From assembly GCF_020745735.1 (NCBI RefSeq), contig NC_083434.1, positions 19,031,966-19,095,965 on the forward strand: a stretch of 64,000 nucleotides of DNA, given 5' to 3'. The DNA comes from Hemiscyllium ocellatum. Taxonomy: Eukaryota. A program made the position numbers and the translations under genes. Positions within the stretch are counted from its first letter, which is position 1; every line of letters begins with the position of its first letter. Under the pieces are notes generated by a model. It saw nothing but the letters and a program-made list of their open reading frames with translations, was not told the origin of the DNA and did not search any database. Below, in pieces: positions 62,053-64,000 of the stretch.

Positions 62053-64000
62053 AATAGAGACACTTAATATTACACCAATAATATAAGACTAAACTTTCAC
62101 AAATTTCTGGTTTGATTTCAGGTAATGGTGTTTTGATTCAATATGTTACCTGAAATAGTGGTGAAATTATATTCCATAGGCAATTGGGCGTGAAATTGAA
62201 CAGAACTGATTTGCACTTTTATAAGGCAAACAATGGAGTGTGAAGGTAAATTGGATGGTCCTTTCGAAAACCTAGTGTAGGCAGAATGGGTTGAATGATC
62301 TCCTGTACTATACGACACTTTATGCTTATGTGTAATATAAAGAAATAGAGTTATGTAATGTTAAGAAATCTGTACATCTGACAACTTAGTGTCTACCAGA
62401 TGACGCTGAATTCAGGACTACTTGCATGGTAAGTCATGAGAGCAGCACAAATCAGGAAGAGTTAAACAATCCCTCAACAACCAATCAGATCTAAAATCTA
62501 CAGTCCTGCTACATCCAGTCTCAAATGGTGTTTGAAAACTAAATTCGAAAAGGCTTCATAAATATCTGCATCCTCAATGCTGAGGAGCCCAGCACATACC
62601 AAAAATACCAACTGAATAATCTATCTCAGTTTCCTTATGATGGCCCCCAGCATTACAGATGCCAACTTTTATCCAAGTTGATTCACTCCACATGATATCA
62701 AGAAATGGGGGAAAGCACAGAACATAGAACATTACAGTGCAGTAAGGGCCCTTCGGCCCTCGATGTTGCGCCGCCCTGTCATACTAATCTGAAGCCCATC
62801 CCACCTACACTATTCCATGTACGTCCATATGCCTGTCCAATGACGACTTAGATGCACTTAAATTTGGCGAATCTACTACCGTTGCAGGCAAAGCATTCCA
62901 TACCCTTACTACTCTCTGAGTAAAGAATACTGCAAATATTCTGGGCTCTAATAATATTCTGGTAATAGCCCTAAAACATGCTCCAAACGCACTGTGTTAC
63001 TAGCAAAGCTGTGCCCAAACAGTTACAACACTGCCATCTACACAGTAATGTGGAAGTCCATGAAAAGCAGGACAAAACCAGCATGACCAATTGAAGTCCA
63101 TCAATCTCATGCAATGTCACGGAAAGTAATGGAAGGTGTCAGCAATAAAGCTATCAAGGAACACTTAATCAAAAATGATCACTTGCCCACTGATGCCCAC
63201 TGATGCTCAATTTGGGTCCCACCAAGTAAATTCAGCATATCTCAACATAACCTTGGTCCAAAATGGATAAGAATTAACCTTACCAGGGCAAGTGAGAATG
63301 ATTGCCCTTGAGGCAAGGAAGCATTTGACTGGGTGTGACATCAAGGAGTCTAGCAAAACTGGAATCATTTGGAATCAAGGGAAAATTTACCACTAGTTGG
63401 AATCATTCCCAGAATTGGCATAGAAAAAAGATTGCTGGAAGTCATTCAGCTCAGTCAAAGGACATTAATGCAGGAGTTCTTCAAGGTAGCGTCCTAAGCC
63501 AAAATATTTTCAGCTGCTTCATAATTACCTTCACTCCTTCAGAAGATCAGAGGTGGAGAGTTTACTGATGATTGCACAATGTTCAACAAGGTTCACGACT
63601 TCTCAGATGCTGAAGCAGTCCATGTCTAAATGCAATAACATCTGGACGATACACAGGCTTGGGATGATAGTTGACATGTACCATTTGCAGAACATAAATA
63701 TCATGGAAAGACCATCTCAACTTACATTTAGATAATAAGTTTGGTGTGTAAATTATTATTAGCTCTACTTCTCATTTTATAACTAATGATCTCTGCCATG
63801 GTTCTGGAGACTCTGAACATACAGTCATAGAGCCATCAAAGTATACAGCATAGAAACAGGCCCTTAGGGCCGCTCGTCCATGCTGACCAGGTTTACTAAA
63901 CTGAACTAGTCCAATTTACCTGAGTTTTGGACAATATCCCTCTAAGTCTTTCCTATTCATGTATCTGTCTAAATGTTTTTTAAATGTTGTAATTGTATAT

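Overview
Eukaryotic, repeat-rich vertebrate DNA, most likely a shark or other elasmobranch (inferred from V-domain/HE1-type tRNA SINEs, CR1/HER1-type LINEs and DeuSINE-like relics). Two complete spliced housekeeping genes lie head-to-head around a ~320-bp CpG-rich bidirectional promoter. MRPL32 is on the minus strand (3 exons, 29465->9924, 174 aa) and PSMA2 is on the plus strand (8 exons, 29784->47902, 234 aa). A third promoter/first-exon candidate lies at ~52.3-52.6 kb (GC-box tandem, perfect RFX X-box palindrome), followed by a ~41-bp minisatellite rich in GTAAG splice-donor motifs; no downstream coding exon was recognised in the window. The most striking non-genic signal is a dense population of Penelope-like elements (PLEs; RT + GIY-YIG) from about four families, plus ~95-360-bp derivatives. 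Together they contribute about 20 minimal type-I hammerhead ribozyme motifs (CUGANGA...GAAA..NUH). They occur as solo units, fold-back hairpins and one direct tandem that would release a 264-nt retrozyme-like RNA, mostly with 12-16-bp target-site duplications. Most ORFs in the supplied track are repeat-derived or spurious. All repeat family calls are by eye, and boundaries of old repeats are approximate.
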